64,000 nt of DNA. Origin: a virus. The stretch lies in IMG/VR virus record IMGVR_UViG_3300042507_004023; one strand, given 5' to 3'. Each line of letters starts with the position of its first letter. Positions within the stretch are counted from its first letter, which is position 1. The position numbers were made by a program, and so were the translations under genes. Below are positions 62,882 through 64,000 of this stretch, one piece after another. Below the pieces are notes generated by a model that saw only the letters and a program-made list of their open reading frames with translations, made no database searches and was not told the origin of the DNA.

Positions 62882-64000
62882 ATGGGGTATGCTATCATTT
62901 TCCACACACGCAACCCCTAATTTTATAAAAGAGTCCAACGGACATATTAGCCATCTTGAAGACGGCATGTTCGAAAATGGTTGGGCTGGCTTACAGACCT
63001 CCATCAAAATTCTGAAAGATGTCGTTAGTGGTATTTCCGCAGGCGGAAAACAAACCGCTTCTCTGAATGTATCCACCAAGTGGGACGGGGCTCCTGCTAT
63101 CATTACTGGTATACATCCTGAAACCAAGAAGTTTTTTGTTGCCACCAAGTCTTTCTTTTCCAAGACTTCCAAAGTTAACTATACTGAAGCCGACATTCGC
63201 AAGAACCATGAAGGCGGCGTGGTAGATAAACTAATCGCCGCTCTGAAACTGTTCAAGCCGTTGAACATTCGTGGTGTGGCTTGGGGCGATTTGCTGTTTA
63301 CTCAAGGCGAAAAGAAAACACAAACAATTGATGGTAGAGACTACATTGTGTTCCGACCGAACACCATCACCTATGCTATTCCCACAGATTCGCCAGCAGC
63401 AGCAGAAGTTGCAGCAGCAAAGATAGGTGTGGTATTTCACACCAAGTGGAGTGGCAGCGGAGATATCAAAGAGCGTGGTTCATGGTCGCCTGGTGTTCCT
63501 GCGATGGGAACTTCCACAGCGGTATGGGTAGTGGATGCGAAAGTTCCAACACTTCCAAAGAACCTGCTTCTTCAAACCTCGGAAGAAAAGCAAATAGTTG
63601 ACTTAACAAAAAAGATTGAAGCCGAAGGTGCAAATCTTAAGTCTGCTCTACTTTCTTTCTTGAAGAGTGAAGCCGCTGAGTATGTTTCACAATACATCAA
63701 CTCCACTGTTAAGGCAGGGTTGAGCAATAATACCACAAACGGATTTTCCGTTTTCGTGCAGGCTAAACTTGCTGCTGAAGCGGAAGCCTTGAAGACTCAA
63801 AGCAAGAAAGACGAAAAAGCGGAAAAGATGGTTCGTATCACGAAGTATCTTAAAGCCTACGCTTCTCAAATTGACCGCCTGTTTGGGTTGCATGCCATGC
63901 TTGCAAAGGCTAAAGGATTGGTCATCTCTAAACTTTCTCTTACCCAAACTGTCTCAACCTTTATTGCAGACAAGGATGGATATCGTCCAACTGCACCTGA
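62882..64000 (+). CDS. DUF6267-like phage protein with ligase/ATP-grasp-like KWDG motif (runs off the window end)
   Basis: Translated by eye: HISHLED...STKWDGAPAI.TGIHP...FFVATKS...WGDLLF...FRPNTITYA; TATAAATA at 62875-62882. Confidence 0.8.

Noticed and set aside
1-64000. Genome-wide stop-codon reassignment (TAG recoded)
   Set aside because: Only one internal TAG was found in a conserved gene; all other long genes are open in the standard code, and TAG ends ORFs 7038-7751 and 62368-62874 at plausible positions.
1-64000. CRISPR array or mini-array
   Set aside because: No equally spaced direct repeats were seen in any intergenic region; the repeats found are short scattered motifs or tRNA paralogues.

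Overview
A 64 kb segment of a large T4-like (myovirus-type) dsDNA bacteriophage genome, almost all coded on the + strand. The T4-like replication core is recognisable: gp45 clamp, gp44/gp62 clamp loader, RegA, gp43 B-family polymerase, UvsX and gp41 helicase. The window also holds two GC-rich early operons with sigma70-type promoters (CobT-like peptidase/VWA protein, metallophosphoesterase, many small ORFs). A late-promoter (TAAATA) block of putative capsid-packaged proteins includes four tandem ADP-ribosyltransferase-like paralogues. There are 18 tRNA genes, among them a tRNA-Lys(UUU) split by a compact ~187-nt group I intron, a Ser(ACU), an Ile(UAU) and a short-arm Leu(UAA). Other content: GuaC and PurA, a DNA-modification cassette (Mom-like protein, AdoMet decarboxylase, two methyltransferases), a large glycosylation cluster (Gmd, Fcl/ColC, ColD-like, GT2s, two GT15s), an outer-membrane beta-barrel, and two unexplained structured-RNA candidates (about 651-960 and 28500-28732). 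uvsX carries one in-frame TAG. All calls come from motif recognition by eye; no database search or folding program was run.
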